Assembly: GCA_951406725.2 (NCBI GenBank)
Contig: OX597824.1
Location: forward strand, 434,001-498,000
Direction of reading: 5' to 3'
From: Octopus vulgaris
Taxonomy: Eukaryota
Length of the DNA: 64,000 nucleotides
Positions within the stretch are counted from its first letter, which is position 1, and the number at the start of each line of letters is the position of its first letter. The notes under the pieces were generated by a model. That model saw only the letters and a list, made by a program, of their open reading frames with translations, searched no databases and was not told the origin of the DNA. This document shows positions 43,653 to 55,900 of the stretch, piece by piece. The position numbers and the translations under genes are program-made.

Positions 43653-45497
43653 ACATCATTATTTAGAGTCCGTTTTCCATGCTGGCATGGGTTGAATGAT
43701 CCATCGAGTTGCAGGGCTGCATCAAACTCTGGTACCAGCTTTGGCATGGTTTCCACAGTTGGATGCCTTTCCTAATGCCAACCAATTTACAGAGTGTGTA
43801 TAGGGTGGGTTTTTTTCTTAGCACCAGCACTAGTGAGGTTGCCAGGTAATTAGCAAGACAAAAAAGTTGTTAGCAGGAAATGGAAAAAGAAAGAAAAAAG
43901 AAGAAAAAACCTTCACTAAATGGAAGGGAGAGATATAGAAAGGTGAGGAGGTGATTGTAAGCCAGGTATTGAAGGACCGTAGGGTATGACAGAGGATAAT
44001 TCTTGAATGGAGGAACAAATGGAGAAGGAAGAGCATCGTTTTTTTTTCTTTGTTTTAATCATTATTTGTGTATTTGTCTTTTAATGGCAACAGTTGTCGT
44101 CGTTGTAAAATCTCTTGTTTTTCTAATTATCAAAAATCTTTTGTCTTACATTTTTATTTATTTTTAAGGATTTTATTTACTTCTCTTCTCTTATTTCTTC
44201 ATCCAGATGGTCACAAAATGCTAAAACTTCACATTGGTTTACCAATTACCCATAATCCTACATCATGTAGAAGTATAGTATGGAAGGTAAGAGAGGAACA
44301 AAATTGTGATGCTTTTTTTTTTAGTCTTCTTTGTTTCACTGGGTTTTTTCTTTTTTTTCTTTTTGATGCCATAATTAGAGGAGGAAGGGTAACATTTCTA
44401 ATCCTTTTTAAGAATCACTGGGATTTGTTGGGTTAAGATAGTGCAGTTGAGAGGGGCACATGAAGATATGGGGTGATCCTCCACAGACAGGGTACCAGGT
44501 CGGCTAAATACTTACAATACAGTGGATTCCACTGGAGATATTCAAAAGCCACCACCACCACCACCACCATCACAGTCGTTAACATAATCACCATCACTAC
44601 CACCACTACAAACACCATCACCATCAGTGACACCATCATTACTGCCATCACCACTGCTATTACCATAACCATCATCGTCAGTGTAGGCATTCAAGAACCA
44701 ACACCACCTCCACAATCATCACTACTATCATCATCATCATCATCATCATCTTAAAGTCCACTTTTCCATGCTCACAAGACTCAGACAGAGCATATTGAGG
44801 CAGACCTTCTATGATTGGATGCTCTTCCTGTTGCTGACCCTCACCTCTTTCCAGTCAAGAATTCTGCTCGTTAAAATAGTCCCCTTATATAAATAATACA
44901 TTATTTACTGTTTACGTGTAAGGCCTAGTGGTTAGATTGTTGCTCTCACAACCAGAAGATTGTGGTTTCAATTCCTAAATTAGGCAGCACCATAGTGAGT
45001 CCACTCTGCTCTAAATGAGCAACCTTGCAATGGACTGGCTTCCTATCCAGGGAAAAGATTGTGATCTTGCTTACTTATTTGCCATGGAAACCAGGTAACT
45101 ATGGCCTAGTGAATCTTTGGGCTCAAGACAGACATTACTGTGCTTTTTACTTTATTTACTGGAACACTGATGTACTTTGGTTTTGCGGTTGCTTGAAAGA
45201 ACTTGTTAATCCTGCCTCATATATTGGTTGATATAAGAAATTAGAATTGTTTACAGAATCATTTACTGTTAGGAAGTTCTGTTTTATAATTCTTCCAATA
45301 CGTCTTTGATTCCTAAAATGTTTTCAATACCAGGGAATTGTCATCAACATGCAAAGCACGGATCCAACCGATCTCTTCAGGAAAGTTCAGAAACATGCTC
45401 GTTTGATTAGAAAATCTGTAAGTACTTTTTGAGCAATACAAAAACCAGGATAACACACACACACACACACATAGATAGAATATGTACTTATACACAA

Positions 45498-45539
<42 letters not shown>

Positions 45540-48241
45540 TTTCACTCTTTCACTTGTTTCAGTCATTTGACTGCGGCCATGCTGGAGCACCGCCTTTAAT
45601 CGAGCAAATCGACCCTGGGACTTATTCTTTTGTAAGCCTAGTACTTATTCTATCGGTCTTTTTTGCCGAACCGCTAAGTAACGGGGACATAAACACACCA
45701 GCATCGGTTGTCAAGCAATGCTAGGGGGACAAACACACACACGCATATATATATATATATATATATACATATATACGACAGGCTTCTTTCAGTTTCCGTC
45801 TACCAAATCCACTCACAAGGCTTTGGTCGGCCCGAGGCTATAGTAGAAGACACTTGCCCAAGGTGCCACGTAGTGGGACTGAACCCGGAACCATGTGGTT
45901 GGTAAACAAGCTACTTACCACACAGTCACTCCTGCGCTAATATATATATATATTGGTAAAAACGGTAAGAAAACAAAAGAATGAAAGAGACCTCGATATT
46001 ATGTAAATAGAGGAATTTATCTGTAAATGTAATATGTGACAATTATTCGGTAGCCAAGATAAAACTCTGAGTTTCGGATGCCGAGGTGGAAATCCACACC
46101 ACCATCTCTTCAGTTATCCAGCCATTATATATATATATATATATAATAGAAATATTAAAATTACTAAGTCTCTCTAAATAGCTATCTTAAGGCGATGGCC
46201 TCATGGAGCTAATCAGCAACAGCTTTTAGTCTTATATCTATAAGACTGCCATATTAATATGGCGATAACAATTAATATATATATATATAATAGAAATATG
46301 TTTCAAAAAGAAAATAGAAACTACACGTGGAAAAGATATGGGGGAAATAAGAAGAAAAAAGTGAAAATGCACATTAAATATATAAAAAAATAAAGGCTTT
46401 TTTTTATGAAATGTAGCGATAAATAAATACAATTAGATGAACTGAGGTAGAATTAAGAGGAATCAAATTAAAGCCATAGAACAGCAATGACAACAACATT
46501 TTGACTTTGAATCTCTTTAACAATTCATAAAATAATGAATTTAATTCCTCTTATTTCTACCTCAGTTCATCTAACTGTATTTATTTATCGTTACTTTTCA
46601 TAAGAAGCCCCTATTTTTTTTTATATCCAATGTGCATATTTGCTTTTTTTCTTCTTACTTTCCCTATATATATATTGGGTTGTCCAGAAAGTTCATGCCG
46701 ATTTATAGTATCTTACCTTTCGACTTATTTTAGAACATGGATGAGTCCGTAAAATAGGATTTGACTACACCTCCATTTAGAGCACAGTTTAAGCTATCTT
46801 TTCATGGAAGAAGTTTTACATTCCTATAACCTGTGTTAATTCTGTAACCCTTTAAAATGGGAGATAAGAAAGTTCATTTTCGGCACTTGGTGCTTTTCCT
46901 TTTCTGTAAAGGGAAAAATACCTCACAAGCAACCAAAGAAATATGCACAGTTTATGGTGATGTTTCTTTATCCGAAAGAACTGTACGGAAGTGGTTCGCA
47001 AGGATCCCAGCTGGAGATTATAGCCTTATTGATAAAGAGCGATCAGGCAGACCATCCACTACAGATGATGACCAAATCAAGTCATTAATTGAGAATAACC
47101 CACATTGCACAACCCGAGAATTGTAGAAAGCCTCAACCTATCAAAATCCATCGTTCATGAGCACCTTGTNNNNNNNNNNNNNNNNNNNNNNNNNNNNNNN
47201 NNNNNNNNNNNNNNNNNNNNNNNNNNNNNNNNNNNNNNNNNNNNNNNNNNNNNNNNNNNNNNNNNNNNNTGAGCACCTTGTAAAGCTTGGGTACACAAAT
47301 CGCTATGATGTTTGGGTACCACATGAGTTGAGTGAGAAGAACCTTTTGGATTGCATTTCCATCTGTGATTCGCTTTATAAACGGAATGAAAACGCGCCTT
47401 TTTTAAAGCAAATTGTGAAAGGTGATGAGAAATGGATTATCTACCGAAATGTTCAGAGAAAGTGATCCTACAATAAGCGTGTCTTCACCCTAAAAAGTCT
47501 TGCTTTGTGTCTGGCGAGATTGGAAAGGAATTCTGTACTATGAGCTTCTCCCAAGTAACCAGACATTTAATTCTGAGAAATACTGCACACAACTGGACGA
47601 GTTAAAAGCAGCAATTCAAGAGAAACGTCCAGAATTGGCCAATAGGAAGGGTGTTGTTTTCCAACATAATAATGCAAGACCGCACGTTTCTTTGGGAACG
47701 AGACAAAAATTGCTGCAGCTCGGCTGGGATGTGTTACCCCCCCCCCATATTCACCAGATATTGCTCCTTTGGATTTCCACTTATTCAGGTCTCTGCAGAA
47801 TAGTCATAATGGTAATTTCAATTCCTTGGATGACGTAAAAAGATACCTTGATGAATTCTTTGCCATGAAACCACCTCAATTCTGGGAAGAGGGTGTTTTC
47901 AAGTTAAAGGAAAGATGGAGATGCATTGTGCAACAAAATGGTTCATATTTGGTTGATTAAATATATAATGGCAAATATTTATTGACCTTTTCCTTTCCTT
48001 TAAAAATCGGCAAGAACTTTCTGGACAACCCAATATATAATGAGGAGGTGCTAGAAAGTGTCTGGGCTTTAAGGGTATTGCAAAAGGCCTCAATGGAGAA
48101 TCAAACTTCTGAGTTCTTTTACAGGGCTTAGAGAAACTGAAGGGCCACAGCAATAAGTGTGCGAATCTGAGAGGGGAATATATTGAATAAAACCGTAATT
48201 AACTGATTTTACCCAAAGCCAGGAACTATTCAGCACCCTCT

Positions 48242-48282
<41 letters not shown>

Positions 48283-48598
48283 GAGAGAGCGAGAGAGAGA
48301 GAGAGAGTGGTGGTGGTTTTGGTGGTGGTAATGATGATGATAATGATGATGATGATGACATATCTTCCTAAACATTTGTTTTCGATAGGTTACCAAATAT
48401 TTTCATTGATGCTTATATGAGGTTATTATTTTACGTCTTTTACTATATTGAAACTAATTCTTCTTTTCAGGGAAGTCCAGGCAGAAATGTACGCAAGTCA
48501 AATAATTTCTCACAACCAAAGTAAGCTGACGCCTCATCATAATTCTATCAGTTATTTTAGTTTTATACCTACATACATACATACATATATACTATATA

Positions 48599-48671
<73 letters not shown>

Positions 48672-51474
48672 GATGTTTAAAAATCTGACCATCACAGAAG
48701 CTTGATGGTCAAAGCCAATGAAACTAAACAGGCTTAATGTTGAGCAACATAGGATTTATTCCTCCAAATTTAAATGAGGAGAAATTCAAAGGTTTGTGGA
48801 TTCCATGAACGATTTCACGAATGTCCAATACGCCCACCACCTGAGACACGACACATGTCAAGTTGGTTGTCCAGCTCCTCCCAAACACACTGCAGCATGT
48901 CTTGGGTGACAGTCTCCAGTGCGGTAGTGATTCTCTGCTTGAGTTCCTCTAGGTCTGCAGGAAGAGTGGTGGGGACATAGACCAGACCCCTCACATAGCC
49001 CCAGAGAAAAAATTGCAAGGTGTCAGCTCAGGTGAACATGGTGGCCATTTCAACAGCACATTGTCTTCATCACCAGCACAACTGATCCATCTCCCTCGCA
49101 AATTGTCATTGAGATAAGCCTGCACAGTGAGCTTCCAGTGAGGTTGAGCCCCGTCCAGTTGAAAAGTGAAGTCTTCATGTTCATTTGCAATGAGCTCATC
49201 CATTGACCAATTCTGAACCATTTGCAGATAAACATCACCAGTCACATTTCCCTCAAAGAAAAACGGGCCATGAAGATGCTTCTTGGAGATGGTGCAGAGC
49301 ACATTCACTTTTGGTGAGTTCCTCTCATGCTCAACTGTGGAATGGGGATTTTCTTCACCCCAGAAGCGAACATTATGCTTATTGACTTTGCCATTCATAT
49401 GAAATGTAGCCTCATCACAGAAAACAAGACATTCCTTGAACTCGGCTTTTTCAAGTTTCTCCTACATATCAACATAGAATTGTTTGCAGTTTCACTTGTC
49501 ATCTGCCGTTATGGTCTGAACAAGCTGCAGCTTGTTGGGTTTCATTAGCAAGCGCTTCCTCAGGATGCACCAAATTGTCGTTGGAGGAATCTGAGTTTCC
49601 AAACTTGTTCTTATGCACTTCTTGGGGCTTCACAAGAGCTTTTGGCAAACCCACTCAACCATCTCTTCCGATGTTAGTGGTCATCCTGATCCTTTTACCC
49701 TGCACAGACGGCCTTCCTCCTTGAATTTTTTGTACCATGTCCAAATCTGCTTTGTCGTTGGTGACTTTTTAGAGAACTCTCTCACAAATGCACACTGCTT
49801 TGACTGTGTTCAAGCATACTCCAACACCCAAAACGCTTTTTCTCCTCCAATGAATACCATTTCTAGACCTGAAAAGATAAGCATATCAAACATTAAACTT
49901 AAAATTCTGACCTGTTTCTACACATGCTGTTAAAATTTGAAGTCATTTGAACAAGAACTGGCAAAGTTATTAGATTGCAAAATGATATCAAATTTTTTGA
50001 AACACCCTTTATGTGTGTGTGTATATATATATATAATATATTCCATAATATATTCCATTAGTTCATTTTCCATCACTTTTTTCTATGCTTGCATGGAGTG
50101 GATGAATATATGATATTATTATACACACACATACACACAAATGTATGTATGTAAATATGCTTATATGTAAGTACATACACACACACACATACATATTCCA
50201 TCACATACCAGGGGTAAAAACTAGAAGTAGTTGATAGCTTTTGTTACCTAGGTGACCAAGTTTATAGTGAGGGTGGTTGCTCTGAGAGTGTAGCGGCTAG
50301 AATAAGAATAGCTTGGGCAAAGTTCAGGGAGCTCCAACCTCAGCTGGCAACTAAGGGCCTCTCGCTCAGGACGAAAAGTAGACTGTATGATGCGTGTATG
50401 TGAACTGCCATTCTACGTGGCAGTGAACCATGGGCCATGACTGCTGAAACTGGAGAATCTTGCTTAAGAACATGATACACTGCCAGTCTGCAAATTGAAA
50501 CCATGATGTTACAATCATGACTGAATCGTCTTAACCACGAGTTTACATACCTTAATATGTGTGTATGTACACACACACACACGCATACACATACATTCTT
50601 CTTTTACTGTAGCTTCAGCTCAGAGTTGCGGCCATGCTGATGCACCACTGTTTTGCTTCACTGTTATTACTGAGAGCCTCCTCCAATATGTGGTGAAGAA
50701 TGGAGTTTGATGTAGCTACCCCCATTGCACCTCTAGCTGTGGGATAGGTTCATCTGGGACTTTTGACAGGAAAAGGCCCACCTTTGATTTAAAAACACTT
50801 ATATCAACTTTGTGTAGGTTCCTCAGGCTCTTTGGGAGAATATCAAAAAGCTATAGGCCCCTGAAACCCAGGCTGTTGCAGTAACTGGTCCTGAAGCACG
50901 ATGGCATTGCTGGGATCTTTGACACTTTGCAGTGTCGACCCGTTCTGGCATTGGTGTAACATTCAATGCCAAAATTTGGCACAATTCCTTCCAGAATCTT
51001 CCAGATGTATATTGCTGCATACCTCCCCCGCCTATTTGAACATTTTCATATATTCGTATGTTATATAATTTCATAATTCGATATTTCATTTTCTTCTTAG
51101 CAACTCCATGAATTATTCCAGTCTTCTTCCATTCTCCAATATTCCTTTTGTTTTTCTCTTTGTTCTCCTTCACTATTCCCAACTTCCAAAGTTTCATTAT
51201 ATAAATGCAATATTTTGTCTGTGGTCCTCATTGTAATTCCAAATATTAAACACATATTTATGTATGCATGTGTTTTACATGCATAAATGAATGCAATATG
51301 CATGAGAGGGTGTGTGGTTGGGGGAGTATGTTTGTTTGTCTGCATGAGGAACCCAAATGCCTCATCAGAATCCAGTAGTGCCCTGTAAACTAATAGACTA
51401 AATATTTTTTTTTCTACAGGATTACCTTTCCTTGGCTGCCAGCAAAGAAAAACCCAAAAAGAACAACAGTTTAG
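27806..51474 (+). CDS. VASH: Vasohibin / tubulinyl-Tyr carboxypeptidase, spliced CDS join(27806..28018,33332..33417,34972..35028,38007..38081,39670..39841,41684..41729,44207..44286,45334..45417,48471..48520,51420..51474), 918 nt, about 305 aa
   Basis: The exons join in frame with compatible phases and GT-AG ends. The protein matches vasohibin motifs: [36 protein letters not shown] (catalytic Cys), YRHVVLG (His), YGALGMSRR (Ser), LMYKP. The last two exons rest on splice signals and phase only. Confidence 0.93.
28110..28900 (+). repeat. G-rich minisatellite, 51-bp unit with 54/57-bp variants, in a vasohibin intron
   Basis: Tandem GTCATGAAGTTGRCAGTGGGAGGATCAAGGAATAGCTGCTGCAGTGGGAGT, decaying at both ends. 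Confidence 0.95.
29136..29387 (+). mobile_element. Penelope-like element, C-terminal part of the GIY-YIG endonuclease
   Basis: Open frame [20 protein letters not shown]...[14 protein letters not shown]. Not in the ORF track because it has no start codon. Confidence 0.75.
33332..33417 (+). CDS. VASH: Vasohibin coding exon 2 (IPFPTST...IQKYIEALE)
   Basis: Pyrimidine tract plus CAG acceptor. Similar to VASH IPIP...VQRYIRELQ. Donor is GTATCCTTT (U12). Confidence 0.9.
33418..34971 (+). other. U12-type (minor spliceosome) GT-AG intron, phase 2
   Basis: GTATCCTTT donor. TTTGCTTAAC branch site at 34953-34962, about 10 nt before the AG. Confidence 0.9.
34972..35028 (+). CDS. VASH: Vasohibin coding exon 3 ([18 protein letters not shown])
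   Basis: Matches YNHTGTQFFEIKKSRPL. U12-like branch site TTTGCTTAAC just upstream of the CAG. Donor GTGAGT. Confidence 0.93.
35860..36120. repeat. (TA)n/(CA)n compound microsatellite
   Basis: Direct inspection. Confidence 0.95.
36200..37810 (-). mobile_element. Penelope-like element (RT plus GIY-YIG), degenerate
   Basis: [36 protein letters not shown] (decayed YRDD), [22 protein letters not shown] and KYIG..E.PF. Confidence 0.85.
38007..38081 (+). CDS. VASH: Vasohibin coding exon 4 ([25 protein letters not shown]), contains the catalytic Cys
   Basis: TTTCAG acceptor, [11 protein letters not shown] motif, donor GTATCCTTT (U12). Confidence 0.95.
38082..39669 (+). other. U12-type (minor spliceosome) GT-AG intron, phase 2
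   Basis: GTATCCTTT donor. TTTCCTGAAC at 39650-39659. AAG acceptor with no polypyrimidine tract. Confidence 0.88.
39670..39841 (+). CDS. VASH: Vasohibin coding exon 5 ([18 protein letters not shown]...RHVVLG...[16 protein letters not shown])
   Basis: Strong motif match. Branch-like TTTCCTGAAC then AAG acceptor with no pyrimidine tract. Donor GTAAGA. Confidence 0.95.
39895..40060. mobile_element. hAT-type MITE
   Basis: TIR-like CAGTGATCCCCAGCCT and AGGTTGGGAACCCCCG. Perfect 8-bp target duplication ATTTATAG. Confidence 0.85.
41684..41729 (+). CDS. VASH: Vasohibin coding exon 6 ([15 protein letters not shown])
   Basis: TTTCAG and GTAAGT ends. Similar to TLSELVLDFEAAY. Phases 0 and 1 fit the neighbouring exons. 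Confidence 0.9.
44207..44286 (+). CDS. VASH: Vasohibin coding exon 7 ([27 protein letters not shown])
   Basis: Long pyrimidine tract plus CAG. Similar to WHVLKKVKLG...HDPHS.EQIEWK. Donor GTAAGA. Confidence 0.9.
45334..45417 (+). CDS. VASH: Vasohibin coding exon 8 ([28 protein letters not shown])
   Basis: CAG and GTAAGT ends. Similar to FRKELERHARDMR. Confidence 0.87.
45537..45937 (-). mobile_element. tRNA-derived SINE with an internal (TA)/(CA) microsatellite
   Basis: A/B-box head, GGATTTGGTAGACGGAAACTGAAAGAAG core and GGTGCTCCAGCATGGCCGCAGTC tail. Copies at about 4561, 11830, 12280, 31985, 60415 and 62905. Confidence 0.85.
46058..46118 (-). ncRNA. Type I hammerhead ribozyme motif (second family)
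   Basis: GAUAA-CUGAAGA-GAUG..GUGGA/UCCAC..CAUC-C-GAA-ACUC(A)GAGU-U-UUAUC. Confidence 0.6.
46336..46668. repeat. Diverged inverted repeat with arms of about 130 bp (old foldback/MITE)
   Basis: GATAAATAAATACAATTAGATGAACTGAGGTAGAATTAAGAGGAAT versus ATTCCTCTTATTTCTACCTCAGTTCATCTAACTGTATTTATTTATC. Confidence 0.85.
46675..48033 (+). mobile_element. Mariner (DD34D-type) transposon, near full length, inactive
   Basis: 30-bp TIRs TTGGGTTGTCCAGAAAGTTCWTGCCGATTT with TA flanks. Motifs RSGRP, WVPHEL, GDEKWI, HNNARPH and [13 protein letters not shown]. Stops and frameshifts. Confidence 0.95.
47170..47269. other. 100-N assembly gap
   Basis: Run of N with TGAGCACCTTGT on both sides. Confidence 0.98.
48471..48520 (+). 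CDS. VASH: Vasohibin putative coding exon 9 ([17 protein letters not shown])
   Basis: CTAAT branch, TTCTTCTTTTCAG acceptor and GTAAGC donor. Open in phase 0. No recognisable homology. Confidence 0.65.
48668..50008 (-). mobile_element. Tc1/mariner-superfamily transposon related to DD41D (rosa/VS) elements, degenerate; transposase at about 48810..49860
   Basis: [35 protein letters not shown] and [19 protein letters not shown]. Weak TIRs of the CAGG.TGTTT.AAAA type. Confidence 0.85.
50205..50450 (+). mobile_element. RTE LINE fragment
   Basis: [37 protein letters not shown]. Confidence 0.8.
51420..51474 (+). CDS. VASH: Vasohibin putative terminal coding exon ([17 protein letters not shown])
   Basis: Poly-T plus CTACAG acceptor. 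Phase 2 matches exon 9. TAG stop at 51472-51474. Confidence 0.6.
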
Positions 51475-51489
51475 AAGACAAACAAAATT

Positions 51490-52295
<806 letters not shown>

Positions 52296-52519
52296 GCAAA
52301 ATACTATGTTTGTGGAAATATTTTGTTTGTTGGTTGTTGTTTTCTTCGTAATCCTTTGTAAAATATTCATCAAATACATTTTTATCTCCACTGAACCAGT
52401 CTTTTTTGAACCTCATACTTTTTTACAACTAGAGGGACCATTTTCAATTCTGGCAATTTTTGACCCCTTTCAGAGTAAGCAAATGAGATTTTTTTGTTTC
52501 TCATATGAAAGATAATTTG

Positions 52520-52990
52520 TGAGAGGTCCCTAACAGAAAAAAAAAAAATGCTACCTTTTGGTTGCCAGAGATTTGCAGAATTGTTAAAGCATCAGAGATA
52601 TTTGAATTGAATGCCCCTGAAATCCTTGGAGATTCTTGTAAGACCAAAACACAACTCAGAATCCTTGACTTCCACAAACATTTCTTCACATTCACAATTG
52701 TTGAAGCATGGACCAAACTGTTTCAGTTATCAGTTGTTGGGACACTGCTTCCTTCCAAAATTCCATGCTTCTTGAAATTAACCAACACTGCTCCTCATGT
52801 GTCTCTCTGCGCCTCTTATAAATTTCTTAATATTCACTTTTCGAATTGTTTGTGTTTTTTCTGGTGTACTTCGTGCATGTACTTCAAGCTTTCATTCTGT
52901 CGTTCTTTATTTTTGACTTATGTCGGCTTTCTGTCCTTTTTTAAAATCTTTCCTGATGAGTTGTTGTGCACCTCAGCACTGTATACAGGA
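52520..52990 (+). mobile_element. CR1-clade LINE 3' end
   Basis: HKHFFTFTIVEAWTKL and a 3' UTR shared with 25110-26290. Confidence 0.7.
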
Positions 52991-55900
52991 AGCTCGTTAT
53001 TATTTTAAATAACAATTCTACTATTTAGTTACAGGGCTTAATATTGTCTGTCTAACTTCTTTCCTCCAATTTGAAGAAATAAGATTCCAGTCAAAACGAG
53101 AAATTAATACATTCATATAAAGCATAATATACATGAATGGTATTATAATAGAAGGCTGGATCCTTTCGGGGTTGATGAAATAAGTACCAGTTATACACTG
53201 GGGTTGGTGTAATCAACTCTCCTCTCCTCCAAAATTTCAGGCCTTGTGCCTAGAGTAGAAAGGCCGAAAGTGAGACATTGTTAGGCTTTCCAATGTTGTA
53301 ATAAACATAGTTTTAGATAAGAGGAAACAAAATAGAATCCAAAAAAGGGACCCTAAACCAGGAGGGGGGATCCAGGATTCTATTTTTGGGTGTTGCCTAG
53401 CAACTCCTATTCCAGTAAGAGTTGACTCCTTTTTCCTTGACTGTTGCCCAAAAAACCTTGGTCCTAATTTTTTTTTTAGTGTCGGCTCAGCTAGAAAGGG
53501 TGTTGCCCAGGCAACTAAGGTAACACCCCTGCATCCGCAGCTGCTAAACAGTTGCTAAAAGGAACCAAGAAGGTGAAAGAATAAAGTTTAGCAAAGGTGC
53601 TTCTTGAGTTGTTGTTGTTGTTCAACTCCAGGTCTGTCCTGATCTTGTGCACACACGGTGACAACCATTCCAGCTATGACCATCTCATTTTCAGAGCACC
53701 CAAGGTGCCGCACAGTGAGAGTGAACCAAAGAATACACTGTTGGGAAGCAACTAATGTACCACGGTGCTACATCACTTTGATTCCTTCTTTCTCAAGAAT
53801 AGCAGAATATGCTTTGCAAGATATTTAACTTGTATTTCTCACTGCCAAATTGGTTCTTCTTATCTCGGTTCTGGAGCTGACATGCTTCAAGAGGCAGGTT
53901 CCCGTTAACAGTCTATTCAGAAGTTTTAATTAAGAAACAAACAAGAAAACCTACATAAAGAGAGAGAGGGGAGGAGGAGAGGAAGAGAGATACTAAAAGA
54001 TAAATGATTAAGAAATTCACTTCACAGTCACTAGGTCTCTGTTTCAATTCCGTTGTCTGTCACTCAGCCTTAAGTTTATAGCAAGTTGCTGCAAGGGACA
54101 CAACTCAACATACTGGCTATATTGCTTCTAGTGACATCTGTGGAGAAATGTGGCATTGTTAATGGATTCCCTGAAGGAGCAAAAGGTGGATTCTGAGACT
54201 GATGGGAGTACGAGGAAGAATAAAAGATAACATGTGAAATAGAGTTGCGTCAATCTGAAAAGAGATGAAGCTATATAGGGGCCAAAAATGGCTGGGTCTC
54301 TGTTGTTTGATCCACTTGATTACCTGCTCGATTAATTGGTAAGTGGTTGAGTATTCCACAGACACATGACTCACTGTGTGAGACAAAGCAGCACTTTTGA
54401 TTTTGTAGGACAATCGCACTTACGTATTTCACACTGTTTTTAGAAATTCAAAACCATTCACATCCCTGTTTTCTAAAACAGCCATGTCAATGACTTACTT
54501 TTCTAAAACTCAGACATTTGTCATTGGTGTCTTACATCAGCATCTATTTCAATCAGTTTAAAGTTTTCCAAATTTAACATATCATTGTTTTGAAATGAAA
54601 AACTGGAAATCATTTCTATCCTGTAATAAATGAGTTTGTCTATTTTTAACCGTTTTGTTTAACTGATATTAAAACTGATATTAACCTGCTATAACTGATA
54701 ATTATTCTTTCAACTAATGTTCAAATTTGTAAATCTTTCATATTCATCACTAGAGTTCATTGTATTCTATGTCTCAATACAGATCCATTTTTATCTTAAG
54801 ACTATTGCTTGATATACAAATCAATAAATATTCATTTAGAATAATATACATCAATGGTTCCCAAAGTGGGTGGTACTGACCCTCCTGGAAGCAGTGGAAA
54901 GGTCGGGGAGGAGGAGCACTGAAGAAAATTGGAACAATAATGAGGTGGCCAAAAGGGGGCACTGGTAGGCAATGCCCACCTACTTACTGTCCTGAGATTT
55001 GGGAAATAGTGTTTCAAAACAAAATTATTATGTGTGTGTGTGTGTGTGTGTGCAGTGTACTGTTCCGTGATGGTAAGATTAACAAAAATGTACTCCATCT
55101 GGTGAGATAAATAATGGAGTCATACCCATTGACTGGTGTGGCATCTACGGCTATTCTTCAATACATAGCATTACTTGGATTCTTGAAGACAGCTCTATTC
55201 TGACAAAAATAACTCCGAAATCTTGCAATGCTGAAAATGTGTGACGGTTCTTGTCCTCTCTCAAGTTTCCTTCATTTATTAAAGTAAGATTTAGCTGACA
55301 CATTTGTTTAGCAATAAGTATACAAGAAATACATTAAACATACAAAACAAGAAATACATCTCTCAATATAAGATTTAACTCACACTCTTAGTTGTTCAGC
55401 AATTAACAAACAAGGAAGGCATTAAACAAACAAATAAACACAAAACATACATTTCTGAAAATAAAATTTACCAGACACATTTGTTTAGTGATAAATGTAC
55501 AAAAAATACAAATATTGTTTGTCAAAATGAATAACGCCGTCTCGTTGAAACACAAAAAAAGGGTTAAGTGGTTGTTATTAATGTAGTTACAGTATTGAAG
55601 GATTAATAGCTTATCCTTTGATGAGCCATCATTTAACCATACTGTTCATTGTTTCAATGATGCACTGAAAGACAGTGGTTTCAAAAACAGAATACATCAT
55701 CTACAGAATTCTCATACCCCAAAATGCTAAAATAGGAACTAAAATATCAAATGGCGAAATCCTCCGAACAGCTTAAATATATTTTCATTGTGCTTGGAAC
55801 TTTTCAAAGTCTTAGAAATTAACCATTTCCTACCATTTAGCTTTAATCTCATTCAAATATTGCCTGATCTTTTCTTTGCCCAATTAATTAAAATACTTCC

